DNA of 64,000 nucleotides from a virus, in UHGV virus genome UHGV-0318153, one strand, 5' to 3'. Within the stretch, counting starts at the first letter, position 1, and each line of letters starts with the position of its first letter. The translations under genes and the position numbers were made by a program. The notes beneath the pieces were generated by a model. The model ran no database searches and was not told the origin of the DNA. It saw nothing but the letters and a program-made list of their open reading frames with translations. Positions 1 through 9,757 of the stretch are shown here, one piece after another.

Positions 1-620
1 GTTAATCCTTTATTATCTCTATTATGATACCATTTCTTACTCCTGCTATTCTTACTTTAACAACTTTAATTATTGCTATTCTTGCTGCTATAATTCTTAC
101 TGCTATTATTACTCTATAACTTTTCGTTATATCTTCATAACTTTTAGTTATAGATTATTCTTAATAACTCTTGCTATTATTCTTTCTATTATATCTTTTG
201 CAGCATCTCTTATTGTTCATTTATTACCTTTATGACAATCTCTCGTTATATCATTAATAGCATCTTATTGTTGTCATCATTTGCTATTTTCATAATTAAT
301 CGTTTATTATTATATGACGAAATAGCTTATTATATAACTTTTAAATCTAATATTATTATCCTTTGTTGATTTATCTATAAGACTTTCAACAATAATTCTC
401 TTGATATTACATTTTCCATATCAATTATATTTACTTTTAGAACTGCATACAGTTGTTTCATTTGTTACAGCTTATGCAGTTCTTTTATTTGTAGCAATAG
501 TTATAACATCATCTGTTATTATAATATAATATATTGCTGTAAATAATAATTGTAATAATGATTGTTATATGTGAGAATATTATTATATTTGTAGTTGTAA
601 ATCTTTTAAATTAATTAATT

Positions 621-947
621 ATGAAACAGAAAAAAGAAAAACCTGAAACTCCAGCTCATGTATTAGCTTTATCCAATGTTGTTAGAAACAATGCTAATAT
701 TAGAGGTATCATTATTGAATATCTGAAAAGATGTTTTGGTGAAGATGTAAATGTATCTTTATTGACAGATAGATTTGTTATTATTAAAGATGGATTTAAA
801 CAAGAATATCGTTATAATAATAAGCAATTTCTTGAATGTTTTGCTGCTGCTTTTGATGAATTTAGTAATAGAACTGCTGTTTTGTTAGATGAATTTATTG
901 CTAAAGAAGTCAAACGTAGCTTGCCCGTAGAGGATAACGCTAAATAA
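621..947 (+). CDS. hypothetical protein (108 aa); C-terminal tail encoded by a dispersed-repeat copy (SLPVED)
   Basis: ATG ORF in the co-directional gene array; ORFs of this length are unlikely by chance in an AT-rich genome. Confidence 0.5.
   Translation: MKQKKEKPETPAHVLALSNVVRNNANIRGIIIEYLKRCFGEDVNVSLLTDRFVIIKDGFKQEYRYNNKQFLECFAAAFDEFSNRTAVLLDEFIAKEVKRSLPVEDNAK
917..935 (-). repeat. dispersed GC-rich element copy, B orientation (AGCTTGCCCGTAGAGGA)
   Basis: cgtagcttgcccgtagaggat; translated SLPVED. Confidence 0.9.
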
Positions 948-955
948 TATAATAT

Positions 956-1162
956 ATGATTAATCTTTTTATATTAAGTACACTTATTGTTATTGTTTTA
1001 GTTATGTTTATTATAAGTGTATTTGTTATATATTGTATTGTATCTGATATTCGATATGGTCGAGATATTGCACGATTTGATATTATAGCATTAATTGTTA
1101 GTATTATTGTAATTTTTGCTACTATAAATGGTATTATTAAATATATTGATTTATGCCTATAG
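956..1162 (+). CDS. small hydrophobic (2-TM-like) protein
   Basis: 68-aa ORF dominated by I/L/V/F stretches. Confidence 0.35.
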   Translation: MINLFILSTLIVIVLVMFIISVFVIYCIVSDIRYGRDIARFDIIALIVSIIVIFATINGIIKYIDLCL

Positions 1163-1310
1163 AATATGTAAAAACTATTGATAAAGAAGAAAATACTATT
1201 AGTATTGATTCTGATATTGTTAATAAAGATATGTCAGAAATAGATGTTGGCGAACTTTATGAAGATTATGTTAGCGAAGATAATGCATTTGGTTTTAATG
1301 ATTAAATAAA

Positions 1311-1760
1311 ATGAATATGAAGAAAGTTGTTATGGTTGCCATTCCCTACGGGCAAGCTGTTGTAGCTAAAACTAATAAAGAAAAGTTTTTAGATGCTATT
1401 GATTGGATTGAAGATTTTTGTAAAAAGTATGATGCAGATAGAACTGGTTTTCTTGAAGCTGTTGTTAAAGCTCAAGAATGTCCATTAAGTTATGCTTATT
1501 TGCTGTCAATCCTCTACGGGCAAGCTACAATAGCTAAAGATATGACAAAAGATGAAATCAAATATGTTAATTGCGTTGTTAATGATGCTATTAATACTAT
1601 TGTGAAAATCAATAAATCTTTATGTCATCATATTAATAATAGTATGAGCGAGTTTAACAAAATTGCTGATAATAATATTAATGAAATAATGGATAGATTT
1701 AAAGATATTCCAACTGATATTCTTGAAGCTATTGTAAAAAAAAGAAAATCTGAAAAATAA
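1311..1760 (+). CDS. hypothetical protein (149 aa) containing two in-frame dispersed-repeat copies (IPYGQA / ILYGQA)
   Basis: ORF; repeat copies at 1342-1358 and 1510-1529. Confidence 0.5.
   Translation: MNMKKVVMVAIPYGQAVVAKTNKEKFLDAIDWIEDFCKKYDADRTGFLEAVVKAQECPLSYAYLLSILYGQATIAKDMTKDEIKYVNCVVNDAINTIVKINKSLCHHINNSMSEFNKIADNNINEIMDRFKDIPTDILEAIVKKRKSEK
1342..1358 (+). repeat. dispersed element copy, A orientation, TTCCCTACGGGCAAGCT subtype
   Basis: translated IPYGQA. Confidence 0.9.
1510..1529 (+). repeat. dispersed element copy, A orientation (TCCTCTACGGGCAAGCTACA)
   Basis: translated ILYGQAT. Confidence 0.9.
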
Positions 1761-1764
1761 TTAT

Positions 1765-1983
1765 ATGTTTAACTGCAATTTCATAGTAAATAAACAAACT
1801 ACTCTTGCTTGTGAAAGTAGGAGTAGTTACTCTTCAACCGATGATGACGAAATGAAGTCGAAACTATTATTAATAGTCTTGGAGTTATTACAACTGCATA
1901 AATACATTGGGTTAATTATTTTGGTAGCCAGTATTGTCTGTGAAGATAGTGCTGGCTTTTGTTTTGATTATTGTTTAACTTAA
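1765..1983 (+). CDS. small Cys-motif protein (CESxSGF) with an intergenic paralogue at 26170-26313
   Basis: 72-aa ORF; shares the 16-mer TGCTTGTGAAAGTAG with 26213. Confidence 0.3.
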   Translation: MFNCNFIVNKQTTLACESRSSYSSTDDDEMKSKLLLIVLELLQLHKYIGLIILVASIVCEDSAGFCFDYCLT

Positions 1984-1997
1984 AATATATATTGATT

Positions 1998-3317
1998 ATG
2001 GAAAAGAAATATCCTGTTTTAAAATGTAATGAAGAACTTTGGGCAGAAATTAAACCAGTTCTTAATAATCTTGGTGTTAATGATTTTCCTAATGAACTTT
2101 TTTCTGATAGTACTAATGATTATAATTATATAGTTAGTAATTGGGGAACAGAAACATTAGATAAATTAAATATAGGTATAACTTATTATTCTAAAGTTCA
2201 TAGTATTAATGGTTTACGTTATCTTGTAAATACTAAAGAAGAATTTCTTTCTGCTGTTGCTAAACTTCTTGGTAAAGAATATCCTATTAAAGAAGAAACT
2301 GAACAATTTAATGGAGCTATTAAATATCCTTATATTAAATGTACTCAACGATTATATGATAGAATAAAAGATATTCTTGAAATTGTTGGTTATAATACTA
2401 TATATGTAGATAAAATAACAGAAGACGCTAATGAACTTATTATTAATTATGCTGATAATTTTGGGGATGTTACAAATTTGCTTGAAAATTGTGCTAATTC
2501 AAATAATCGTTATGAATGTTCTAATATTAGAGATTTTCTTACTGCTGCATGTAAATTAAAAGATTTTGAAGTTTATTATATTGATAATACGGAAGATAAT
2601 AATTCTGAAAATCATTATTTCGGCTATTGTATAAACAAAGAAGATAAAACTATTAGTATTTATGAAAATTTTGAAGAAGATGGTTTACAAGCTATTATAG
2701 TAGAAAAATCTGTTGTTCCTAAAAAGAAATTTAAAAAGAAAAAAGAAAACTATGTTGTTTCTTACGACCCTGCTGTTGGAGAATCTAGTACAGTTGTTGC
2801 TACTATTCCAGCAAAAGGTAATGATTTTGATAAAGATAAAGGTAGTGATTTAGATATAGATAAGCCTATGGAAAAGATTAATATTGCGGATAAATTAAAA
2901 CATTGTAAGAAAGGTACTAAACTTTATAGTCCTTTGTTTGGCGAAGTTGAATTTGAAAATGTTGATGATAAAATAGAAATAATTACACATACCGATGAAG
3001 AAGAAATATATAAAGCATATTTTGAAAAAGATGGTAAATATTATATAATTTATAAAGATGCTGAATGTCTTTTATTTCCTTCTAAAGATAATCGAGATTG
3101 GAATAATTTTCAAGTTCTTAAATCAGGGCATCATGTAATGGTTTCTGATGATGCACATGATTGGTGTTTAAGATTATATGTTACTGATAATAAAACTATT
3201 CATTTTAATTCAGATGATGATAAAGATGAAATGACATGGAAATATATTGTTCCTGTAGAAGATTTTGATTTTACTGCTGAAGATATTACTATTAATAAAG
3301 AAAAATCTATTATATAA
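1998..3317 (+). CDS. hypothetical protein (~440 aa)
   Basis: long ORF; start set at the internal Met to avoid overlap with the preceding ORF. Confidence 0.6.
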   Translation: MEKKYPVLKCNEELWAEIKPVLNNLGVNDFPNELFSDSTNDYNYIVSNWGTETLDKLNIGITYYSKVHSINGLRYLVNTKEEFLSAVAKLLGKEYPIKEETEQFNGAIKYPYIKCTQRLYDRIKDILEIVGYNTIYVDKITEDANELIINYADNFGDVTNLLENCANSNNRYECSNIRDFLTAACKLKDFEVYYIDNTEDNNSENHYFGYCINKEDKTISIYENFEEDGLQAIIVEKSVVPKKKFKKKKENYVVSYDPAVGESSTVVATIPAKGNDFDKDKGSDLDIDKPMEKINIADKLKHCKKGTKLYSPLFGEVEFENVDDKIEIITHTDEEEIYKAYFEKDGKYYIIYKDAECLLFPSKDNRDWNNFQVLKSGHHVMVSDDAHDWCLRLYVTDNKTIHFNSDDDKDEMTWKYIVPVEDFDFTAEDITINKEKSII

Positions 3318-3319
3318 TT

Positions 3320-3547
3320 ATGGATACTATTGCAAGCCTTTTAACCGATGCTATGGTTGATAATCTTATTAGTAAATATGCTAAATTCCATAAAGGAGAA
3401 ACTGTTCATTGTAAAACTAATCAACGCGAAGTTGTTATTGCTAATGTTATTTATGATAATACTACTGATGCAATATACTATGACATTCGATGCGGTCATT
3501 CCCAGTATCATGCGATTCCTGAATACTTATTGACTGCTACAGCCTAA
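3320..3547 (+). CDS. hypothetical protein (75 aa)
   Basis: ORF tightly packed after the preceding gene. Confidence 0.4.
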   Translation: MDTIASLLTDAMVDNLISKYAKFHKGETVHCKTNQREVVIANVIYDNTTDAIYYDIRCGHSQYHAIPEYLLTATA

Positions 3548-3562
3548 ATTTGCCACTTCTTT

Positions 3563-3636
3563 TGACTTCTGACAGACTTTTATATCAATTGTGATAATTT
3601 GTATTACTTTTGTGAGAAAGTCTGTCAGAAGTCAAA
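3563..3636. promoter_or_regulatory. inverted pair of the conserved TCTGACAGACTTT...GTGATA element
   Basis: 19-bp perfect inverted repeat (ttgacttctgacagacttt / aaagtctgtcagaagtcaa) flanking ~35 bp; same motif as at 20068, 41113 and 58731. Confidence 0.5.
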
Positions 3637-3685
3637 TAAATAGCTCATCCTGAATTTTTATATAATATAGAAATAAATAATTGAT

Positions 3686-3883
3686 ATGAAATGTTATAAA
3701 TGTACTAATAAATCTAATAATGTTCTTCTTGTTGCAGCTAATGATATAGAAGAATTACAACGTGTGATAGAACTTGCTGATGATTGTTATGTTTTAAAAA
3801 ATGATTATCATGATGTTACTATTGAGAGAATAAAAGAGTTGAATTATAATACTGATACGGCAACTATAATATTTGAAGTATGA
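3686..3883 (+). CDS. hypothetical protein (65 aa)
   Basis: ORF ~50 nt downstream of the conserved upstream element. Confidence 0.4.
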   Translation: MKCYKCTNKSNNVLLVAANDIEELQRVIELADDCYVLKNDYHDVTIERIKELNYNTDTATIIFEV

Positions 3884-3941
3884 AAAAGATAGATTATAAT
3901 AAAGAAGTGATTGAATATTTTGCTGCTAAATATAAAATAAA

Positions 3942-4403
3942 ATGAAAACAATAGAACAATATAAAGTTCTAAATAAAATATTTGATGATAAAGAGGAAGC
4001 TCTTGAATATGAAAATAGTATTCGTAATAATTTAGAATTAAGAGCTAAAAATCTAAAAGTATTTTATTGGCGTATGTTAGGTTATCCTGGACATTATACA
4101 GCTATTGAACTTATTAATCATTTTTGTCATTATCATAAATTTGATTTTGGCAAATGGAAAGGTGAGTATATTGGAGAAATTATGATGATTTTTCCTAAAT
4201 ATATTGAATGGTGTCTTGAAAATGTTTCTTTTTTTAAACTTAATAAAGAAGAAGAAGCTTTATATAATACTAGTTGGTCTTATAGTGTAGGCGGTGTATC
4301 TTGGGATATTACATTTGATGAAGTTAAAGATATTCCTGGAGATAGATATGACCATGCTTTAATTGATTGGGAAAGAGAACAACTTAAAAATGATACAAAA
4401 TGA
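3942..4403 (+). CDS. hypothetical protein (153 aa)
   Basis: ORF. Confidence 0.5.
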   Translation: MKTIEQYKVLNKIFDDKEEALEYENSIRNNLELRAKNLKVFYWRMLGYPGHYTAIELINHFCHYHKFDFGKWKGEYIGEIMMIFPKYIEWCLENVSFFKLNKEEEALYNTSWSYSVGGVSWDITFDEVKDIPGDRYDHALIDWEREQLKNDTK

Positions 4404-4651
4404 AAAGAAGAATATTAAATATAATTAATGCTGGAATAGCTACTGCTATGTCACATAATAATCCTATATATGGAATTCCTAATAATGATATGATTTTTGT
4501 TCCTAGAAATAGAAAACGTAATATTAGGACTGTAGCTGAAAGTAAGAAATGTAAATCTTGTAAGAAATTTGGTACAGGTCAATGTTATGTTAGATATGTT
4601 AGTCCATTAACTGCCACTTGTGAATATTATCAATCTAAAAGAAAGAAATAA
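4400..4651 (+). CDS. small Cys-rich (putative Zn-binding) protein
   Basis: CxxC..C..C pattern; ATGA start overlap with the preceding gene. Confidence 0.45.
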   Translation: MKRRILNIINAGIATAMSHNNPIYGIPNNDMIFVPRNRKRNIRTVAESKKCKSCKKFGTGQCYVRYVSPLTATCEYYQSKRKK

Positions 4652-4653
4652 TT

Positions 4654-4995
4654 ATGGAAATAACTTTAAGTAAAAATCATGGTCTTAATCCAAGTATAAT
4701 TAAATGTTTTATTTGTGGAAAAGAACATAGTATTGCTTTGTTTGGTAGACTTAAAGGAGATGCTCAAGCACCTAGAGAAATAGTAGATGGTAGTATATGT
4801 GACGATTGTCAAAAAGTTATTGATAATGGTAATGTATTTATCATTGAAGTTGAAAAACAAGAAGCAAATCCATATAGAACAGGAAGATTAGTTGCAGTTA
4901 AAAAAGAAATTGTCAATATACCTAATAATGGTATTCTATTTTGTCCTAAAGAAGATTTTGAACAAATGTTTGGTAAACAATTTAAAAATAAATAA
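4654..4995 (+). CDS. putative zinc-ribbon protein (113 aa)
   Basis: CFICG...CDDC four-Cys arrangement. Confidence 0.45.
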   Translation: MEITLSKNHGLNPSIIKCFICGKEHSIALFGRLKGDAQAPREIVDGSICDDCQKVIDNGNVFIIEVEKQEANPYRTGRLVAVKKEIVNIPNNGILFCPKEDFEQMFGKQFKNK

Positions 4996-4996
4996 T

Positions 4997-5431
4997 ATGA
5001 AATTAATACATTTCTTTAGACTAATACAAATGTCTATATTTCAAAAGACTGTTGTAAATATGATGTATAACAAAAGTTATGGTAATAACATGGCTTATGA
5101 TAATACTTGGTTCTTTTGTCCTCGTGTTGTTTGTAATGATGGATTTAGTATAAGTTTGCAAATTCATAATGGTAATTATTGTTCTTCTGAAAATGGTTAT
5201 AGAACTTTAGGTCACACTATGGAAACTGTTGAATTTGGTTTTCCTAATCAAGATGAAGAACTTCTTAAAGAATATGCAGAATGTCCTGAATCTATTACTG
5301 GAACTGTTGGTCAATTATCTATTGATATTGCTCAACAAATAATTGATAAACATGGTGGTATAGATTGGGATAAAACTGTTAGTGTTGAACAATTTAATGA
5401 TTTTATATATGGCAAAGAAAGTAGAAAATAA
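4997..5431 (+). CDS. hypothetical protein (~144 aa)
   Basis: ORF; start moved to the ATG at 4997 directly after the upstream stop. Confidence 0.45.
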   Translation: MKLIHFFRLIQMSIFQKTVVNMMYNKSYGNNMAYDNTWFFCPRVVCNDGFSISLQIHNGNYCSSENGYRTLGHTMETVEFGFPNQDEELLKEYAECPESITGTVGQLSIDIAQQIIDKHGGIDWDKTVSVEQFNDFIYGKESRK

Positions 5432-5705
5432 AGATGGTTTTCATATAATAGAACTAACTGTTGATGAAGCTATAAATAAATGTCAGTTTGGTTTTGCTAA
5501 TGAAATAATATGCGACCAATGTAATAAGGCTATTGAAGATAAAGATGAAATTATATATTTTATAGCTGTTCTTAATATGGCATTTTGTAAAGAATGTTAT
5601 GAAGATTTTATTTCAGAAGCTGAACATTATGAAGAAGATGAAGATTTTGAAAAAGAACAGTATAATGTTGTTGCTGAATTATTAGGCTTAGAGCTGGTTG
5701 AATAG
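5412..5705 (+). CDS. hypothetical Cys-containing protein (~97 aa)
   Basis: ORF; internal Met chosen as start. Confidence 0.4.
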   Translation, partial: AKKVENKDGFHIIELTVDEAINKCQFGFANEIICDQCNKAIEDKDEIIYFIAVLNMAFCKECYEDFISEAEHYEEDEDFEKEQYNVVAELLGLELVE

Positions 5706-5713
5706 TCTTACAT

Positions 5714-5733
5714 TTCCCTACGGGCAAGCTACA
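5714..5733 (+). repeat. dispersed element copy, A orientation, intergenic (just 3' of a stop, 5' of terminator)
   Basis: ttccctacgggcaagctaca. Confidence 0.9.
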
Positions 5734-5737
5734 ATTT

Positions 5738-5769
5738 GCAGGAGTAGTTAATACTACTTCTGCTTTTAT
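5738..5769 (+). terminator. rho-independent terminator-like hairpin
   Basis: gcaggagtagt-taat-actacttctgc (10/11-bp stem) followed by TTTTAT; lies directly after a dispersed-repeat copy. Confidence 0.55.
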
Positions 5770-5804
5770 TAATATTATTGTTTAATTTAAAACTTATGTA
5801 AAGT

Positions 5805-6095
5805 ATGGCAAAAAATTATGATGAAGTAAGTGTTATCAAAGCACTGAAAGCAATTAATGGAATTAAAATTGTAACTAATGACAAAATTGTTAGAATTAGT
5901 AAAGGCACAAGAATGAGTAATTCTGTATCTGGAAAAATTGATTACTTATGTAATTACAAAGGATATACAAGAATTATGACAGATGATGAAGCAATTGAAG
6001 TTCAGGATAGCTTGCCCGTAGAGGATAGAAAGGCAAACAAACGTGCTATGAAACAAGCTATAATGACTAATAATAAGAAACAATATAAGAGATAA
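5805..6095 (+). CDS. hypothetical protein (96 aa) with an in-frame repeat copy (SLPVED)
   Basis: ORF. Confidence 0.45.
   Translation: MAKNYDEVSVIKALKAINGIKIVTNDKIVRISKGTRMSNSVSGKIDYLCNYKGYTRIMTDDEAIEVQDSLPVEDRKANKRAMKQAIMTNNKKQYKR
6008..6026 (-). repeat. dispersed element copy, B orientation
   Basis: tagcttgcccgtagaggat; translated SLPVED. Confidence 0.9.
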
Positions 6096-6099
6096 TGTT

Positions 6100-6522
6100 A
6101 TGGTAACTTTTAATTTCTCTTTATCTGCTATTAAGAAAAAAGAGAAAAATAAACCTAAAACTAATGTAGTAACAACTGTTGAAGGTATTGTAGCTATTGT
6201 TAATAATGAATATAAATTAAAAGTTGATAATAGTTTATATGATATTGATAAAAATAGTATTGCTACTAAAGGAAAACGAATTATTTATGCTAAAAGATTA
6301 GATGAACGTGGTCATAGAATAAAAATAATTCGTAATGGTGAAGATACTTTTGATGTTGGTTCTGAATATTATTCAAGTATTGCTATAGGTTTAAAAGTTA
6401 AAGCTAATGTTTCTATTATTAATAATAAGAAAGTATGTGCTATAACTAAAATTTATCATGATACATTATTAAATGATATTGAAATAGAAACAATAAAAGA
6501 AATGTTTTTTGAATATGATTAG
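6100..6522 (+). CDS. hypothetical protein (140 aa)
   Basis: ORF. Confidence 0.45.
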   Translation: MVTFNFSLSAIKKKEKNKPKTNVVTTVEGIVAIVNNEYKLKVDNSLYDIDKNSIATKGKRIIYAKRLDERGHRIKIIRNGEDTFDVGSEYYSSIAIGLKVKANVSIINNKKVCAITKIYHDTLLNDIEIETIKEMFFEYD

Positions 6523-7948
6523 TTTAGACCAAAAAGCCGTCAAACCTAATTTTACTCCTAGTCAAGAAAAAGCTGTCGATAATATAATAAGTTTTATAGC
6601 TGAAGATTTTAATAAACTTAAAAATGTTCAAGCATTATCTGGCGCAGCAGGGTGTGGTAAAACTTTTGTTACAAATTATATAATTGAGCATAGTAAATAT
6701 AGTTCAAGTATGTTTTATCTTGCTGCTCCAACACATAAAGCTTGTCGTATATTATCTAACGCTACAGGAGGTAGAAAAGTAACTACTATACAAGCTGCTT
6801 TTGGGTTTAGACTTGATACTAATATTGAAGATTTTGACCCAAATTTACCTGCTTTTAAACCTATTGGTCCGCCTAAAGTTGCTAATGTAAAAGTTCTTGT
6901 TGTTGATGAAGCTAGTATGCTTAATAAAGCATTAGTTACTTATATTAATAAATACTGCGCTGATAGAAAAATTAAAGTTCTTTATATTGGTGATGCAAAT
7001 CAGCTTAGTCCTGTAAATGAGAAAGTTAGTACTGCTTTTAAAAATGCTTATAAAATTAGTGAACTTAAAGAAATTGTACGACAAGAAAAAGATAATCCTG
7101 TTACTGAATTGTTGGCAATGCTACGTGATGATATAAAACATAGAACATTTAATTTTCTTAGTTATATCTATAAAAACAGAGAAAATATAAATGGTGATAT
7201 TGGATATAAAGTATATACTCGTCAAGAATTTACAAATGTTGTTATAAATAAATTTTCTGATGAAAATTTTGCAACAAATGTTGATTTATATCGTATGGTA
7301 GCATATACTAATAATGCTGTATCTTATTGGAATAAAGTTATTCGTCAAACTATTGTTCGAAATGCTGATAAGACTATAATTAATAGAAATGATTTGATAA
7401 TGTCTTATACAACTATTGTTGATGATTTTAATGATATTATTATTAATAATAGTGAAGAATACATTATTAAAGATATAGTTAATTATGAAGATGAAACTTA
7501 TAATTTTAAAGGTTTTATGATAAAGTTTCAAGCTATACATGGTGGAGCTGTTACTAAGCCTTTATTTGTTATAAATCATTTTGATGCTTATACATTGAAA
7601 ACATATTGTGATGAGGTAAATTATCTTATTAATAAAGCAAAAAATGCTGATACTAGTACTCGTTCTTCTTGTTGGAAGAAATATTATGAGTTTAAGAGAA
7701 AGTATCTTTTGCTTGAAAATGTAGTTGATTATGCAGGTAAGATTATTATTTCAAGAGATATAGATTATGGATTTGCTTTAACAAGTCATCGAAGCCAAGG
7801 TAGTACTTATGATAATGTATTTGTTGATATAAATGATATGTGTTATGATAAGAATGGAAATCCTTATAATGATATTTCAGAATTATTACGTAGGTTATAT
7901 GTAGCTTGCAGTAGATGTAGGAATAAATTGTATATATGCTACGGATAA
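6509..7948 (+). CDS. SF1B DNA helicase (Dda/PIF1/RecD-like)
   Basis: Walker A GAAGCGKTF, Walker B VVDEASM and C-terminal SHRSQGSTYDNVFV motif. Confidence 0.85.
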   Translation: MNMISLDQKAVKPNFTPSQEKAVDNIISFIAEDFNKLKNVQALSGAAGCGKTFVTNYIIEHSKYSSSMFYLAAPTHKACRILSNATGGRKVTTIQAAFGFRLDTNIEDFDPNLPAFKPIGPPKVANVKVLVVDEASMLNKALVTYINKYCADRKIKVLYIGDANQLSPVNEKVSTAFKNAYKISELKEIVRQEKDNPVTELLAMLRDDIKHRTFNFLSYIYKNRENINGDIGYKVYTRQEFTNVVINKFSDENFATNVDLYRMVAYTNNAVSYWNKVIRQTIVRNADKTIINRNDLIMSYTTIVDDFNDIIINNSEEYIIKDIVNYEDETYNFKGFMIKFQAIHGGAVTKPLFVINHFDAYTLKTYCDEVNYLINKAKNADTSTRSSCWKKYYEFKRKYLLLENVVDYAGKIIISRDIDYGFALTSHRSQGSTYDNVFVDINDMCYDKNGNPYNDISELLRRLYVACSRCRNKLYICYG

Positions 7949-7949
7949 A

Positions 7950-8480
7950 ATGTTTTATATGACTGTTGATACTTGTGTTCATTGTCAGCATTGTATAAAT
8001 AGAATGTTTAATATTGGTCGTATTATTGATATTGGCATAGGATGTATAACTTCTGATATTGTTATTCTTTTGCCTATGTATGGTAATAAGAATTTTCGTA
8101 ATAAATTATTAGAAGATTTAAAAGCTATTTGGCTTGAATATACAGGACGAAATATGCTTGAACAATGTTACATTACATATAATATTAAATGTTCTACTTA
8201 TAATTGTTCATACAAACTTTATGAGAATAGTATGAGTAATTGTCGTAATATATTGAATGAAGAACTTATGAGAGTTCCTTATAGATATATGATTATGATT
8301 AATTCTACTCGTACTATTTTTCCTAATGGTTGTTCTAATAAGATTATCAATTATGGAAAGTATTGTTTTTATAATATAAAATTTCCATTTGATAAATATG
8401 ATGAAGCTGAGGTAAAGAAAGCTATAAAAACAGATTTTGTTAATGCTATAAAATATTATAATATGAGAAGATATACATGA
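7950..8480 (+). CDS. Cys-rich hypothetical protein (176 aa)
   Basis: ORF with several CxxC pairs. Confidence 0.45.
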   Translation: MFYMTVDTCVHCQHCINRMFNIGRIIDIGIGCITSDIVILLPMYGNKNFRNKLLEDLKAIWLEYTGRNMLEQCYITYNIKCSTYNCSYKLYENSMSNCRNILNEELMRVPYRYMIMINSTRTIFPNGCSNKIINYGKYCFYNIKFPFDKYDEAEVKKAIKTDFVNAIKYYNMRRYT

Positions 8481-9757
8481 TAAGAATAGAATGTTATGAT
8501 GTGGAAGTACTTCCTAACTTTTTTAGTATTTGTTTTATTGATTTAGCTAGTTATCTTGATACTTTTAAAGATGTTGTAGATAGTAAAGGAAAACCAATTC
8601 CTATTATCCAAAAAATATCTGTTAAAGAGTTATTACAAAGACTTGATGCTGTAAAATGTAAACAATTTTATATTACAGATAAAGATGATAGTCAGTTATT
8701 TTCAATGATAGAATATATTAATGGATTTAAAGCTAATGAACTTTATCCTCGTAGTGATTTATATGGTTATAATAGTCAAAGTTATGATAATCTTATGATT
8801 GCTGCTTTATTAATGTATTTTGGTCAAACAGATACTACAAAAGAACTTATTACAAAACTTTATGAAACATCAAAAAAGATAATTGAATTACAAGACAATA
8901 AAGATGGTGCTAAGAATGATTTTTTATTAAGAAGTTTGAGAAAATATCCATTACCATTTAAAGGTGTAGATGTTATGAAAATATTTGCTTTGAATAAAGC
9001 TGGAACTATTGTTGATAATAAAACTGGAGAAAAGAAATATGTTCCTAAAGGTTTAAAGCAAACTAGTATTAATCTACAATGGTATGAACTTCTTGAATAT
9101 GAGTTACCTGATATATGTGATAAAGATTATTACTATTATGCAAAAGATACAAGATATAAAGGTTATGATTATAAAAAGCTCACCAATATAATTGATAAAT
9201 GGGATAGATATATAATAGATGAATATATTCCAGATATGATGCATTATAATAAAAATGATGTATTTATTGTTTGTGAAATTGTTCGTCTTAATCCCGATGA
9301 AATTAAATCTCGATATGCTGTTTCTGCTTCTTATAAAGTAGATGTTCTTAATAGTAGTCGTAGTAATATGGCTAATGTTTTATTTCAAAAGTTTTACACT
9401 AAATATAGTGGTATTCCTTATGAAAAATGGAAAGATGGAAGAACTAAAAGAACTGCTATGAATTTAGGTAAGATTATTTTTAATTGTGTTGAATTTAAGA
9501 CACAGCAATTACAAGACTTACTTAAAGAAATAAAAAAGACTACATTATATAGAGTTAGCAAAGATGCTTTTGAGAAAGAAGTTATTATTGGCGATGTTAA
9601 TTATACTCTAGCTACAGGTGGACTTCATAGTAAAGATAGACCAATGGAGATATGGAGTACAACAGATTGGGATATATCTGGCAATTCCTCTACGGGCAAG
9701 CTACAAAAAGATAATGCTTTTACAATTATACATTGGGACATAAGTGACGCAGTGTCG
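8477..9757 (+). CDS. family-B DNA polymerase, exon 1 (3'-5' exonuclease domain and N-terminal half; ends inside motif A ...DAVS)
   Basis: Exo I-like YDVEV, Exo III-like YNKNDVF; terminates in D-A-V-S with the YPSIM remainder of motif A beginning the ORF at 10807. Confidence 0.75.
9685..9705 (+). repeat. dispersed element copy, A orientation, inside DNA polymerase exon 1
   Basis: ttcctctacgggcaagctaca; translated SSTGKLQ (a different frame from the LYGQA copies). Confidence 0.9.

Noticed and set aside
1-229. ATG-less open frame 2..229 (Tyr/Cys/Ser-rich) as the C-terminus of an upstream gene
   Set aside because: The composition is extremely biased and repeat-driven. It is equally compatible with non-coding repetitive DNA, so it was left unannotated pending sequence upstream of the window.
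4892-5431. Programmed frameshift between overlapping ORFs 4654-4995 / 4892-5431 and 4892-5431 / 5382-5705
   Set aside because: Internal ATGs at 4997 and 5412 give conventional abutting genes. No slippery heptamer or downstream structure was noticed.
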